A DNA stretch of 64,000 nucleotides from Botryllus schlosseri (GCA_051294905.1 CM119371.1:38814001-38878000), one strand, 5' to 3'. Positions 38,980-52,979 are shown, counted from the first letter of the stretch. Program-made: numbers and translations. The notes: generated by a model not told the origin, from the letters alone.

Positions 38980-40751
38980 CAGTGGCGGCTCGTGACTAGT
39001 TGCAATCTTCATCATGATGACGTCATACCGGCATACTCTAGCATCACAATGTGACGTCATCGTATTCAAGCGAGACTTGCAGCTAAGAGTCTAGCTGTGC
39101 CGTGAGAGTTCACGTTTCTACTGTCGCAGTGTCGAGATACTCGGGCAAAATGCTCATCCATCGAAGCCGTATAAAATAATCAATTCAAATCAAAAAGAAC
39201 CTCTGTTGAGAGAAAGTCCCTTATATCTCATTGTCTCTACGAATAAGCCACGATTAATTTACATCAACCACCCTGGAGAACATGCAGATCCTACAAGCTC
39301 ATTGTACCGACAGACAAATTTATGGAATGTTCTTCAGGCTTAATTTATCTGGGACATAACATTCACTCTATCAAACAATTTGTTGAACTATCCACTTGCA
39401 ATTGGGGAATTCGATGTGCTTTCTTACTCTTTGCCAAATATTAAAAAAATTTACTGGTATATATCTTGGAAATCAAATGCTGTCAATTGATGAGCAGTAT
39501 CAGATGCTGCAAATCATTTCGAATAGTCTTTGAAGACGAAAGACGATAGCAGCGTCGGTGATTCGGCTTCGGAAACAGTGACGTGCGGTGAGGTTCACGG
39601 CTGGTGAGGCACGCCCCCCCCCCCCACCCACATACAAAAGAAAAACACGCACGTAAAGAGACTTGAAATGTGAATAACAACAGCAGCGGGTATAGAGTGC
39701 ATTTTCTTTGCACACTGGTAGCCGTTGCAATTTCACATTCTATAATACATGTAGGACTGGCCGCTATTGTGCCAAATGGGCATGTTTAGACAAATAATAA
39801 TTACTATCTTTTCAAGTAGACCTTCTGGTATAAATTATTCGACGAACATGAAAAAAACATCAGTTACAAATTTTATTCAGTAAAAAAACACTAGATTTGC
39901 TGAATTTCGAAAGAAAATGCACTAGGTCAAGTCAAAATACACTATATATATCTAGTGTTTGGGAATGGCACCACTACCACAAACAACAACGCAGGCTTTT
40001 GTAAGTATGGCTATCACAATCACATACCACAATTAACGGTTGAAGGGATTGCAGTCGAACACAGCATAAAGGACACAAACAACGACAATGCAGCCTATGC
40101 ATATAGCTATCACATACCACAATTTAACGTAGCTATGGGTGCAAAATACATAGCCGCTACATATTAAGTAAGGGAATGTATTGGCTTCGCATTACGCATT
40201 GGCCGTCGCTATATTCTTATATAATTCCTAAAAGACTGTTCGATTCCGAAATCAGTAGCGCGTTTCACTCGGTTACGATTGTCCAATTGTTAGCGAATAG
40301 TGCATGAAGCAGATTCGTTTGTGCCTCACCTAGCCATCGTTTCTCTACGATGGCATTGTCTGTAATAAAGGCGAAGGTCACCTTCCTTGGCGATTTTTGG
40401 GGGTTCTGGTGCTCTGACACTGTTAATATTTAGATATTGGGAATCAGTGTGACTATAGCATTTCATTGATTCCAGTTATTAAGAATTCCGAGCTATTTAT
40501 GATGAATTGCATTGTTGCAGGTGAGGCACGATCCGCCCGTGCCTCACCTGTGCCTCACCTCTCCTTTCGCGCTGTATTTTTGAATAATAATTATGCAAAT
40601 TGATGATGTTTGGTGAAAAAATGTTCCAATTTAGTTATTTATGAACATCGATGTGTAACATCAATATAATCATCGGCTCATGGAGGGGTTTCACAATTTT
40701 CACTTACTCATCCAGACGACCTCACCTGCCTCATTGGACCGCGCGTCACTG
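38980..40751. mobile_element. Probable degenerate hAT-like element with GCCTCACC subterminal motifs
   Basis: Termini CAGTGGCGGCTCGT...ACCGCGCGTCACTG and repeated (G)CCTCACCT/GGTGAGG; flanks do not form a TSD. Confidence 0.45.
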
Positions 40752-40997
40752 TTCGGAACAGCATACGAGATTTCAGCCTTGAAACGACAAATGCACGCGC
40801 GCACACTCACATGGTCTCATGTCGCATGTGCGAAGTTCATATTAACACCTAATCACAAAATCATGGGTGACATATCATAATTTTGTATTACCGATATTGC
40901 TTGGTGTATTCGGCTAGTTCTGAAAAAGAAATCTCCCACTACGAACCATTCTTTAAGATTGTAAAATATTTTTATTAAACAGCGATAAAGAAAATCA

Positions 40998-41070
40998 CGC
41001 CCGATAAGGGACTTGAACCCTTGACCGTTGGATTAAAAGTCCAACGCTCTACCGACTGAGCTAACCGGGC
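40998..41070 (-). tRNA. tRNA-Lys(UUU)
   Basis: GCCCGGTTAGCTCAGTCGGTAGAGCGTTGGACTTTTAATCCAACGGTCAAGGGTTCAAGTCCCTTATCGGGCG. 73 nt, TTTT downstream. Confidence 0.95.
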
Positions 41071-44035
41071 TCACGATCTTGCCGCTCTCTCGAAGAACTC
41101 TGTTACAAAAAATGATAAATGCCATCGAACCTAATCTGCATAACAAAATCATATTTGTAGGCGTCTATGTTATTTTTCGTGCGACCAAACCCTGAACATT
41201 GGAACTGTGTAAATTACCAGCAATCATGAAAAGGAAATGGTTGTTTTTACTGGTATTGAGTTTCTACATCTCTTCCTTATGCAATAGTCTTTTTATTCAA
41301 TATGGCGAGTACCTTCCATTTAATCCATTTGATAACATTACAAGTTTGCAGAGGACAAAACAGTGCGGATACGGGATTTGCGAAGGCACGCCTTTGTAGT
41401 ATTCATAATTTCTAGTCGTGGTGAAGATGGGAAGAACATTACGAAGCTAAATAAATACAAATTGTCGATATAGGAAGTGAAATATTATTGATGCTATGGG
41501 AAATTAAACAATAAACTCTGACAATTGAAGATTGTAGATGAGCGACTGAACCAGAGCGCCAGCGATGATTTTAGCATCTCAACAGAATTCGCAATATTTT
41601 GCCTGAAAATTTGACGGGACTGTTGAATGTCAAATGTCGTTGTTGACTTGTATTTTGGGTGGATTTGCACGAATCCTGCTCCAAATTTTGGGGTAGAGAC
41701 AGGATTTTTGTATTGGCATTGCTCGGTAACGTACAGCTTTCACATCGAATTTCGTAATACAGGCTAATACGCATGCAATGGGACCGCAAATATTTGCGTT
41801 TTGATGAGCTTGACGGTCAATCAGTCAGTAACCTTCAACTATACAGCCAGGCATGTTATGATATTGGCGAATGCGACAGGCGTCGTCGTTTGAACAAGGT
41901 ATCACAGGGCGTCTTTTTGCATATTTGTTACTCTGCATGAACTTTTGATTTATGGTGACGTATTAGAGATTAAGCAGTTCTCCAGTCGGTTCGTGTGGTG
42001 TATGTTATTATAGCCTAGTCCGGATCAGGTAGCCTACCAGAGTCATTCTAATCATTAGTTTTCAATTACTATTTTATTAAAATGCTGCTAAATCTGACTG
42101 AGTGCTTCAATTCCAATTTGTATTGTGTGGTGGAATTTCAGTTAGTAATAGGCTATAAACTAACGTCTTGAGTGCTACGGAAATTTATGAATGATTTTAT
42201 TTCGTGACATCTGAAACTCAGGAGTGTCATAGGTTACTGACAATTCCTACAATGGGGTCGTAAATGCGAGTTATATACATCGTAATCGGGTGGTAGCGCA
42301 CGGCATTTGGTGTCACGACCGAGTTCCATGTGAAAAACTAAGCAATCTGCTGTCCTGTTTTACTTTGTAAATGTTGTACATTTGCATGGAAGCTCCCATA
42401 GTAGTTAAGGATCGACGCATTGAAACATAGCAGTAGTATTTCAAGGACATTATTCTACCAATATCAAAAACGTGTGGATCTGAGGTTTTCAAACTAGGGT
42501 CGTAAAAACATCCGAGGAGTGGCGCGAAGCCGCTTGAGAGAAATGATGCTTCTTAGACGCGGAATGAGTCGAAGTTGTGCTGAGACTTTCATGATTAAAC
42601 AATAGCAATAATCCTAATTATATTTTGATGGTAATGTCATAATTGCATCGTACCACCCACACACAGATGCTAGATTTTGACTGATATAGAACATTGCACT
42701 AATCAGAAGATGTTCATTGGTGACGTGTAACTGGTGAATGCGAGTATTGCAGTGCCATTTTTTATATTGCGTATTGTTAGGTACGTTTGAGCTAAGCTCA
42801 AGTGTAGCAACCGAAAGAAATAGGTACCAAAATCAGTAAAATATCTATGTGCTATACGTGAGGCGATTGTACATCATTATGTTTAACAAAATATCCAACT
42901 GAACATTTTTGTGCAATGTCGTATTTACCGTCAGCTCGTAATTATTTTTCTCTGTGTAGTCCGAATTCTATATTTGTTATGTCTCAACAGCCATAACATA
43001 TTCCATGCCACCAAACAATGCCTGGTTGCTATTTTAGGTGTAATCGGGTAGATGTTTTTTTACTATCATCAAGGGTGGCATGTCGAAAAGGTTTGATAAC
43101 TACTGGTGTAGACTGTAGAGACTGTAGCGTATAGAAGCTTGGCATCGGGATGCCTCAATTGAAGCATATGATTTAGTCGATGCAATTCTGTATAGAAACA
43201 AGAGCTGGGCGCAATGCTTAGAGTACTCAAAGGCGTAGTGTAGTGAGACACGATTATTTCAAGTAATGACATTATAAGCCAGTTTCCACTAACAATCATC
43301 TTCTCAGAGATAAGTATATCTTCGATAATATCCACGTTGATTACCATTTGACCATTACCCATTTTTGGTTCTAAAGAGCTTCTTGGCAGGGGCGTAGCCA
43401 GAAAAAAAATTGAGGGGGGGGGGGCGAAATATTTGATGAGTCAAAGGGAGATACAGAGCGTTTGTTTCAAGATACCGCCAGCCGCCACCTGATGTAGAAG
43501 CCTCCTACTTTCCCACGAATCTGTGTCGGTTCACTAAAATTAAGATGAAGGTCACATCTGCATACTTTATCGCGGCGTGTCTGGTGTATCGTTGTAACAA
43601 AGATTAAAGATATCGCTCTATAGAGTATTACGCCATCGAAACAGCTATCCGCAAGAGGTAGCCTATCATCGGGCTATGGTCATTTTCGCAATATTTAGTT
43701 TTCTTTGGTAAGTTTGTTTTTATGACTCCCGGTGAACTCTAGTTGCGGTCTCAAAAATGTTGCTACTTGAAAAGATAGTGATCTTTCTTCTCAGCAAAAC
43801 ATCAGTGATTGCTTTAGTGTTATTCGTCTCATAATAATCTGGTAACTTCTTACCTGATGCCGGCCAATCACGGCTGAGTGGACACGACTTTCAATAGGCT
43901 AGTGATAACACAGTGTCTATACCCAATATCCGTAACCATTGGCTAGCTTTCTTGCAACAACATGGTCATTGAAAACAAATCATAAAACAGATGGGAGCAA
44001 AATTTGAATGTATTGCCAAAAACTATGAATCAATT

Positions 44036-44955
44036 TTATTTCAACTCTATTCGTCGCCTCACGCCTGCCATATTCGTATCAACTCGATCGATCTTGTCCT
44101 CGTTCATCCTTTCGCGATGGCAATGAATCACACATAAATCTGAGAGGCGATCGGAAGTCATTGTTGGGCGTAGCCAGGTCTTGACCCGCTTCATGGAGGA
44201 GAATGACCTTTCAACCTCCACCGTTGTTGCTGGCAAGGCCAGGATGACCTGGATCGCACTGTGCACGCTTGGATAATCCTTAGCACTCAGAAGAAGGTCA
44301 CGTAAACTTTCCTGGTTAACTTGGGAGTTCAAAGACGATCTCCAGAGAATTACTTCGTTACCAAGGTTATCCAAAGAATACAAACGCTCAATCTCATCTT
44401 ACTTGGCTGGCTTGTTTGGTGGAAGGATGGATAGCAACACAAGTAATGAGGGGTTGTCCCTGAAACGTTTCCGGAGAGAGTTACTCAATCCGTCGATGTA
44501 CGGGACATATACCGAACGCCGGAAATATTCCAAAGCCGATTCAGCACAGACGTTAGCACGGTAAACTTGTACCTCAACTATTCCAGGCATCTCAGCTCTT
44601 CTACTCCGAGTACTGCACAGGTTTATTTGTATATCTGCATCGAAACTTCCGGGTCGTTGCGGTCACGGTCAAGAATGCTCTGTAGAGAATTAAACAAGCT
44701 CTTCACGCATGGCATGCTGATACCAGCGGTCTGGAGCTCGCGTGCTAGTGGTTCTATAAAAGCCGAAAATCTTCCAATCAAGCAAACAGCATAAGCGACC
44801 TCAGATTTTTCTAAAGCAGTTTTCAAAGAGAATGCCTTTCCCCTAGTCTCACTGCTTGTTTCCCTCGACAAAGAACCAAGAGCATCTAGTACACGCAGAA
44901 AATTAGACTTGAAGGTGCGGATGCTCTTATATTTCTCGGACCACCTGGTTGGGCA
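44036..44955 (-). pseudogene. hAT transposase C-terminal part (frameshifted)
   Basis: CPTRWSEKY; EYFRRSVYVPYIDGL..L..RF; YPSV..ALPATTVEVERSFSSMKRVKTWLR..M..DRLSDL (hATC dimerization domain). Confidence 0.9.
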
Positions 44956-45533
44956 CACTGTAAAAAATAAAGGTGGGTTTTTGGCTAAAATTGAGGTGGA
45001 AACGATAATTCCTCCTTTCACAAGAGGTAGGAACATGGTATACACCTCTGAAGAAGGTGAAGTACGTCTTCCCACCTCCGACAATAGATCATCCACCTCC
45101 AAAAACTCTCCTATAAAGTGATATACGATACACCACTTTATAAGGAGGGTTTTAGGAGGTGGAAGATGTATTTTCGCGCGAGATCATATAATGCATCACC
45201 TGATAATGAATCTGAATGCGAATGCATAATTGTAAAAGACCTCCATCTGTAGTTTATCATGATCACGCACGATTCAACAATGCTGAAGAGACTTTATTAC
45301 ACGTCCGTCCGCCGAAGCGGTCAGTAGCAAAAGCGGAAGTGAAAGCACGATGCGATGATACTACAACTGACGTAAGGAGCAGTATAAAACACAGCTGCTA
45401 CACTATTCCGATCGAACTTGAGAAGTGCCTATAGCAGCAGTCTCACAAAATACCATAAAAAAGTTAAAAATCATCAACAAAACCGCAAACACGGGCATGA
45501 CCTCACTACATTAGCAGAACACTAGCCCTAAAC

Positions 45534-46217
45534 CAGGGCCGGCCAACCCGTGGCCCGCGAGGTAATTTCCGAAATTGGTAATGTTATAAGAAATGAATTG
45601 CACAGATCGTGAACTTGCAAGGCCGACCAAAAATTTGATTAGTCTGGAAGCAAGACTTGACATGTTATGATTAAAATATAAGTTACGACACATTGGCATT
45701 TCCGTGAGCCAGTCACACTTTGGTAGATCTTCGTACACTACAATAAAGCAGAATAATTTGCGATAAATCTATCAAAAGTAAATATTTTCTACACGCTTCG
45801 CGCAACATGTTGTCACTCGATTTCTTGCATTTAATATTGTTACCCCTTTGTGAAAATGAAAGAACGCCCAATGTATCAGATGGAGTCTAACTATATTCTC
45901 GATTACGAGACAAAGTCTCGTTCATCATATGCGACCTAGCTTTTGCGCTCGCAGAAAGACCGTCGACTATGAAACCTAGACACAAAACGATTGACGCATG
46001 TTGGTCGAAGCTTTCGAAATTGATAAATCCAGGTGCTGAATAGTCCAGTCCTGGCAAACTGAGCCCAGCGATATACTGCAGGCCCGCAATATAGTCAAGT
46101 GACAATATTATTGAGCTATTAACTTCGAAAAATTGTCGCGCTTCGCGCGGCTAGTGGCCCGCGCAATATTTCGTCGATCGAATGTGGCCCTTTGGCTGAA
46201 AAGGTTGGCCAGCCCTG
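45534..46217. mobile_element. Charlie/Buster-type hAT MITE nested in the CMC element
   Basis: CAGGGCCGGCCAACC...GGTTGGCCAGCCCTG; perfect TSD CCCTAAAC. Confidence 0.88.
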
Positions 46218-48394
46218 CCCTAAACTAACATCAATGAACAAATTCCCCAAACTAAAACCATAACAACGCCGTGCCACATCATGGGGAGAATTACCGCACC
46301 GGGAGAGACACAAGCTCCATCCCTTCCACGCGCGCTTACATCAGATCCGCCAGTGAAACAGTTATTATGAAGTGACAGTCAAGTCTTCAAACTTCTCATA
46401 TTGATGCAAAACTGCTTCTTCAATCGGTTCAGATAGCCAATGCCGTAATCGAATTTCCACCAATCTTTCAGCATACCGTTACTGTCCAGGAATCTTGAGA
46501 ATTGCAGCCAAATGAGATGATTTGATGAGATGATTTCAGAGATGGGCGGATTTGGGGAATCTGTATCCGTCCTGATCCAACAGTCAAATAGGATTTCGGA
46601 GTCCGACAGCTGAGTAACAAAATTAGGATCCGAAAAAAATCCTGCTATTGATTTAGTGCTATTTCACATAAATATAGCCTGCAAAACAGATATGAACATT
46701 ACAATCAAAAAATTAGTATCAACAAATGCCTTACAAGGGTTTATATATATTACATTTCAAATCAATAATCTTAGGTACGGTATATATTTTGAATATAAAT
46801 GCAAGTGGTAGGAACTAGGCAGAGAAACTAAGATAAAAAGACTGCGAGAACAGAGAAAGCAATATTAGTTGCTTAATGGAGAGAGTTAACATAAGTAAAC
46901 CAGGCATGCCATGATGCATTGCTGATGCCAACAACAAAATTAAATATTGTGTTACTGTGACTTGGCCAAGACCACTAGGCCCCCTACCATAATACTCCTG
47001 TAGAATGATACTAAATTTTCACAAGAAGTAAGCAGTCACAGAACAGCCATGTATCAAACAAAATGGATGAATCAATCAAAATTATCACTTGATAAAGCAG
47101 CACAGCAATGAATAGGAAATATAAATATTATTATATAACCAGCATGATGATGTGCGCAATCAATCAAAGAGTACCGGTAGTTCTTCAGTTCCAGTGTGTT
47201 TCCGAAATCATAAACATGCATAATTGACCATGCCAGCATATATTCATACATTACCTCACCACACAATCATTCCAAATGACAGCAGAAATCAGAACCACCA
47301 CGCTACCTCTGCAACAACACGGACACCTCGCTCTTCTGTCATCCTGACAACTGATATCAAGTAACCTAATGGCAGATGAACATGCAGTATAAGAATCAAT
47401 GTCTGATGAACAACTGAATTCGAAAACAAACACTTCTGCAGCTCGCTTGCAGGAACCTGCCGTCGTCCTCGTTCAGCATTCATCATCACATCACTGCACA
47501 GAAACTTAATTATGTTGCTTACGCATTTCAAAGACGTGACTGGTATCAGCGGTTTCAACGTTGTCATATATTCCCGAAACCAGCCTGGGCTTGATCCATA
47601 GCAATGAATGCATTTAACTACGAAAATAATATCGAATAATATATACTAAAGTAATGCAACGCATCAGTTACTTGCGCGGCGATTCCGTGAAGTCAGCTTA
47701 GTTTCCGCGGGAACCACATTCTCAACCGTTCAACCATCGAGTTTCATAAACACCGATTTACTTATGGTTCGACTTGCATCTTACTATCCTTTTCAGTCAA
47801 TTTCTAGTCTGTACTCAATAATGATAGTTATAATATTTATTTAGTGTACTAAGTAGTAATTCGAACACAAAAAGCGAAGATTCTAATATCTCATGCTGAC
47901 TGATCAGCCATGTCGGTTACGCTTTAATTAATCAGCGTTCGAACCTCGAAGCAGACAGATCGAAGAGACCGCGTTGGCGACGCATGTCTTCTCTTGAATT
48001 TCATTATGAAGATTATTCTTATGACTTGTGCTTTTTCTTACTACACAGACACTAGCTGTACGTTTTGAAATATGAACCGCTTCTTCCTGTTAAGGAATGC
48101 GGTATGAACGCATTCTTTTCTCGCTAGCATAAACCCGTATATAGTTGCTCAACTGTTCCTGTCGTTGTCGGCTGTCTGACGATCGGCCGCCATATTGGAG
48201 AATGGAGATTACATTACGCCACGTGAAGAAATGGAAGGTGAGACGATAATGGACTAATGAATGAATTTTCATGCTTCAAACTTGCCTTTTCAAATCTACA
48301 TCCTTAAGTCAGAGTGAGCTTTGTTTCAGTTCAGTTGAAATAATTGTTCAAAAATTTTTTAGTAACTGCAATTTATGGTCATTTTCTGATATGT

Positions 48395-48847
48395 TAGGCT
48401 TTCCATATTTTGGAAATCAAAAAAGAGGACACTTTTTCAGAAATTTGCAACTTGCAAAACCGGAGTAAAATTCTGAAAAACCGGTTAATTTTTCCCACTT
48501 TGTGATCGGTTGACTAAAAAAAAAAAAAAGGTCATCACGTCTGCTCAGAACTCCAAATAACGTTTTTACTCCATATTGCTAGGTGGATGACTAAAAAATA
48601 AAATAAAAAAAAGGTCATCTTTTCGCTCAGAGGTAAATTCACCGTTTTTCACTCTGAAATACCCGCCGGAGCTTCACTTCTGTGCTAATATGCGGCATAT
48701 CACTCGCAATTTGCTCTAAATCTGCCTAAATGTTCAAAAAAGGACAACATCTCAAAAAAGAGGACAAAAGGGCGTCCTCCGAGGACACTTTCAAAAAAGT
48801 CAAAAAAGAGGACAAATCCCCTTAAAAGAGGACGTATGGTAAGCCTA
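48395..48847. mobile_element. hAT MITE (GAGGACA subterminal repeats)
   Basis: TAGGCTTTCCATA...TATGGTAAGCCTA; TSD TGATATGT/TGATATGA; inverted copy at 63614-64000. Confidence 0.8.
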
Positions 48848-48938
48848 TGATATGAAACCATGCTATATAGTAGATCCAGTAGGGAATTGGTGTACGCAGC
48901 ACAATTGGGCGACTGGCAGGCTGACTATCACTTGTAGC

Positions 48939-49465
48939 TGGGGCTGGGCACAATGATTCGAGTACCCAAACCTGAATCTTGAATTTAGTATTAATTCTTA
49001 TGATTCGAGTCGAGTAGTAAAATACGATATTTTCGAGTACCGGTACTGATATTACGCTTCTCTCCACTGAAAGTTACTTTATACCCTAGAATTATAGTTT
49101 CGATACTAATTTTCACAGTTGAAGCCTTAAACCTTGATTGGCGGTATCGTAGCATACGAAACCTATAGTACCAAAGCTACCAAGGTTACTGGACGTAGCA
49201 TATTTCCGAAGTCATGATCATCCAACAGCATCGTCACCAAGTCGAATGAAATTGATGAAGTCGAAAAATACCAAAGCATTTTATATGTGATGGATAAAAG
49301 GCATTAAATTCTTGGTGGTGGCATAAACGGTACATATTCCAACTTTGACATCTTACATTCTGTTATGACGCCATAATGAGTGATACTTGATTACTTGACC
49401 CGACTCGAAGCATATTACGTGATTCAGAATTGAATCACTCAGGTACTCGATTTTGCCCAGCCCTA
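48939..49465 (-). mobile_element. hAT MITE, TAGGGCTGGGCA family
   Basis: Reverse copy of 31632-32123; TSD CTTGTAGC/CTAGTAGC. Confidence 0.85.
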
Positions 49466-51151
49466 CTAGTAGCATGAAAAGTTCGACTGGCTCATCAAGG
49501 CAAAGTAAAGCCTATAAATTTAAATCTGCTCATTTTTGCTGCTTCACCTGTTAAAAAAATGATTTGAGGTTCGGTTTGACGAATTTTTCTCCAAATGAAA
49601 TATTTATTCTGTTTTACTGCATATTTCAAATTTCGACTGCTTTGCAGAAGACCCGTCCCTGAAGACGAGATGAGCATGATTTCCCCTCCACGCGGAATTG
49701 GTTGAAAATATGATTGATAGGATGAAGCGCAGAAGCTGACATCGATGTCCCGAAGACAAAATGATGGATTGTGATTGGTATGTTTTTCTCTTTCTGCTAT
49801 TATATCTATTACTTTTGTTGTAATAAAGCTGTTGATTTTGACATAAGCATTGATCTCTTCAAATATTTGCATTGGGTAGGTAATTTCCATCTATAAATTG
49901 CCTCTCCGGATATAGGCCTATAAAGCGTTCTTCAGTCATGTTGCAATTGCACGGCATCAATTTTCGCACTGTTTTTAATCTATACTAATCTGTCATTACG
50001 ACGCGACGCGTTGACGCACTCCACTCTGCTGTATTGTAATGAGTTGATGTTGACCTGTATGTATTCAGTGATCAACTTGGACTTATAATATATTTTGTTT
50101 TACAGCATCTCAAAATCTAGACCGGATTGTTTCTATACCTACAATTTTTCATGAAGGATGTGGCAATTTCTTCCAGGTTCAACAGGTACGGATTTTTATG
50201 AATATTATAAGTACCTGTTTGCTTAAAATTTGGGATGGGAAAAACTATTCCACTACTGGCACAAAATCGAGCTTCAACTGTAGTCGAGTCGTGGAGATTC
50301 GGAGACGATTTTAAATACTGAAAATTACGTTTTATATTATCAATTATTGAATTATAGTATCAATACATTTCTGTTAATGTGGTGTATTCAACCTTTTTTA
50401 GTGAGGAGCAAACCTAAAACCGGTGTTACAAGCCCATGCTCCCTTTTCAGCTCGGTCCCACAACCCGCAGCTCTAACTCTGGGTCCGTGAAGCACATCTT
50501 TATGGTGTTTGCAGACCTCTAAAATTTTTTATCTGAATGGTAATATAATTTGTGATTTTCTTAGCTCGGGTAAAGCATCACTTCGGATATTTCTAGGTTA
50601 TTACAGTGTAGAAGTAGTGATTTCAAATCCACGTCAAAGCTACTTCAAGTGGAAGTAGGAAATGAAGGGCTGCAAAGTACTCAAGTAGTTCGAAAAGTAG
50701 ATATCAGCAGTTATCCGAGGTTGCTACTTTAAACTCGCCAAGATGTATATTTGTAACTTGCAAAAAAAGGACTATTGACAAGAGGTGGTTGGCGGTTGCC
50801 CTATTATTGAGCATGATTTGAACTAAAACTTTAGGGGTGTCTGCACGGATGCCTTGCCCTGATGTATAAGAAAAGGGGTCCGCACCGACAAAAAATTGAG
50901 AGCCACTCTACTAAAGGTTACTGTTCACATTAGCTGATGACTCAAAATGGTCATCACTTCCACCTGGCCAAGTCCGCGTATACATTGGCCTATTTGCTAT
51001 TTGATATCATATGTTGACTGAAAATAGGATCCGCAGTGCCCTGCTGCCGGTATATTTCATAAGCTGAATACTGAAATAACATCAATGTGTGTGTGTGTTA
51101 AGTGTATGTTTGACCTGATGCTTCTTTCACATAATAATATATTTCTTCAAG

Positions 51152-51397
51152 ACACCCACATCCGCGTGCCCTACAATTTGCTACGATACAACGAAGAAAG
51201 AGTGGACCGTCTGGTTTGATGTTGAAAAGGTGAAGAATATCGAGAGCTTCCATGAGGCATTTGCAGTGATGCTAGAAATTCATTGGATCTTCGAAATGCA
51301 GTTTGTGACTGTCATGTCAGTTTTTCTGGCGCGTTTGCCAGGTGTAAAAGACATCAGTACTGCAGAGTATGCCAAACTGGATCACATTCGTGACTAA
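51152..51397 (+). pseudogene. Terminal exon of a probable CMC-element accessory gene
   Basis: ttcaag|ACA acceptor, open for 81 aa: TPTSACPTICYD...WTVWFD...ESFHEAFAVMLEIHWIFEMQF...*. From memory, the F..AF.....H.IF...Y/F motif resembles accessory (SAMD3-like) ORFs of animal EnSpm elements. Confidence 0.5.
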
Positions 51398-51646
51398 TTT
51401 GCAAATAAAGGCATTGGAATGAAGGTGATTTAGTGTTTTGTGAAGGCTTAAAGTGTGGTTGTATGCTGTACCTCGAGGATATCCGGGTAGGATGAAGCAG
51501 AATCCGGATAGGGCAAGGTGGAAAGTTGCCCACCTTGTGATGAGGTGGGAAAATAACCACCAGGTGAGAATAAGGTGTAAAATTTCCCTCCTCTTTTGAA
51601 GGTTTTTTTTGAAACACCTTAAAAGGTGGGCCCAGTTTTTAGAGTG

Positions 51647-52979
51647 CAGAATAACGGTATGGTAATCCCCAAAATGCTGCGTCTTTTGGGACTATCTCTG
51701 AAAAAACGGATAGTTTCCCTGATGATGTCACAGGTGTTTCCTGATTACAGGAACTTTACTTTGGTCGTTAATGACCAAGTTCAAACAATGAGAGGCACAG
51801 TGTACAAAGATTGCTCGAGAGTACTTATCATGAATGCGTTTTTGTACACCACTCACGTGACCTGCCATCGTCGATGCCCCATCGTATCCCTGCCCGACCA
51901 ATTTTTGAAAATCCAGCCCAATTGTAGAGAGATGAGATAAAATACTTTCAGAAATTGCTTCTGCGGAAACGGAATCCATTTCAACAAATCCCGTGAAACT
52001 TTCGTGTACTTTATCACCTTTCACATAGGCCTACCTCAAAGCAATGCGGAGCTGTTCTTTTCCGGCAATATCGCAAGACTCGTCGGCTATTACAGACACG
52101 AACGATTCGTAAGCCTCAGCGACGATCTCTTCAACAACCATATTGCCGGCAATCCTGAGCATCTTATTTTGTATGGTAGGGCTAGTGTACTTGGCATTCC
52201 CGGACATTCGATCAAAATGTTTTATCAAATATTCGTCCCCAGCGTCCATGCGAAACTGAAGGAGCTTCATAAAATTTCCTTCGTGTTGGGAATACCCGCG
52301 GAAAGCGATGTTATTTGAGACACAGAACATCACCGTCTTAACTATCGAACTCATTATATTTCTATTTTCTCTCACTTGCACGCCATGTGCAGTGTTCAAG
52401 CTTGTGCAGTGTGCACACATTTTGATCATTTTCCATACTTTCGAGAAAAGTTTTTGCAGCCGCAGTTGCTTCTTTATGGTGAGAAGTCTCTCGATGAGCC
52501 GTAGCCTTTTCAATAAATTTCTTGAAATCGATGCATGGCTTTTTGACAAGAGCAGCATTTTTGAGGTTACCATGCTTAAGACGTGCTTGCATTACAAGGC
52601 AAATCTTGCACAAACCTCCTCCATCTGAGAGCTGGGTATAGACCAACCATCTGGAATATCTATCATCATCGAGCCACACTTCAAGAAACATGCGGCGATC
52701 TTGCCTCGTAGTATCAAGAAGTGGCACGTTTCTCAAAGCATCCGAAGTCAGAAGTCTATATCTCTCAGCATCGCCAAGCTGCGAATGGTGGTCAAGAATA
52801 TATCCAATATCGTTTGTTTTTCCCACCTCATATGATTTTTGGGGCTCTGGTATATCGGCAATTACATCTGACGCTTCTACTAGCGAAGGAACACAACTCA
52901 CTATTCCTTCTGTTGGCTGCGCATCTCGACTCCTCGCAGGGAAAAAGCTGTCCAGTCTTGTTTGTTTCGATTTTGACAT
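51647..52979 (-). pseudogene. hAT transposase N-terminal part (frameshifted)
   Basis: MSKSKQTRLDSFF; TTF-type zinc finger WLVY..GGLCKIC..H; IAFRG; SVIADESCDIAGKEQL; GQGYDGASTMAG; FVHCASHCLNL; ...RRSILGITIPLFC. Spread over several frames. Confidence 0.9.

Larger units (their letters stand above)
44956..51646. mobile_element. CACTA/EnSpm (CMC)-like element inserted in the hAT transposase
   Basis: Termini CACTGTAAAAA...TTTTTAGAGTG with 2-bp TSD CA; removing the element restores PLFC|PTRW; AGGTGG subterminal motifs. Confidence 0.85.

Noticed and set aside
44956..45102. N-terminal 49 aa of ORF 44623-45102 as transposase sequence
   Set aside because: Read-through into the end of the inserted CMC-like element; the real frame continues from 51647.
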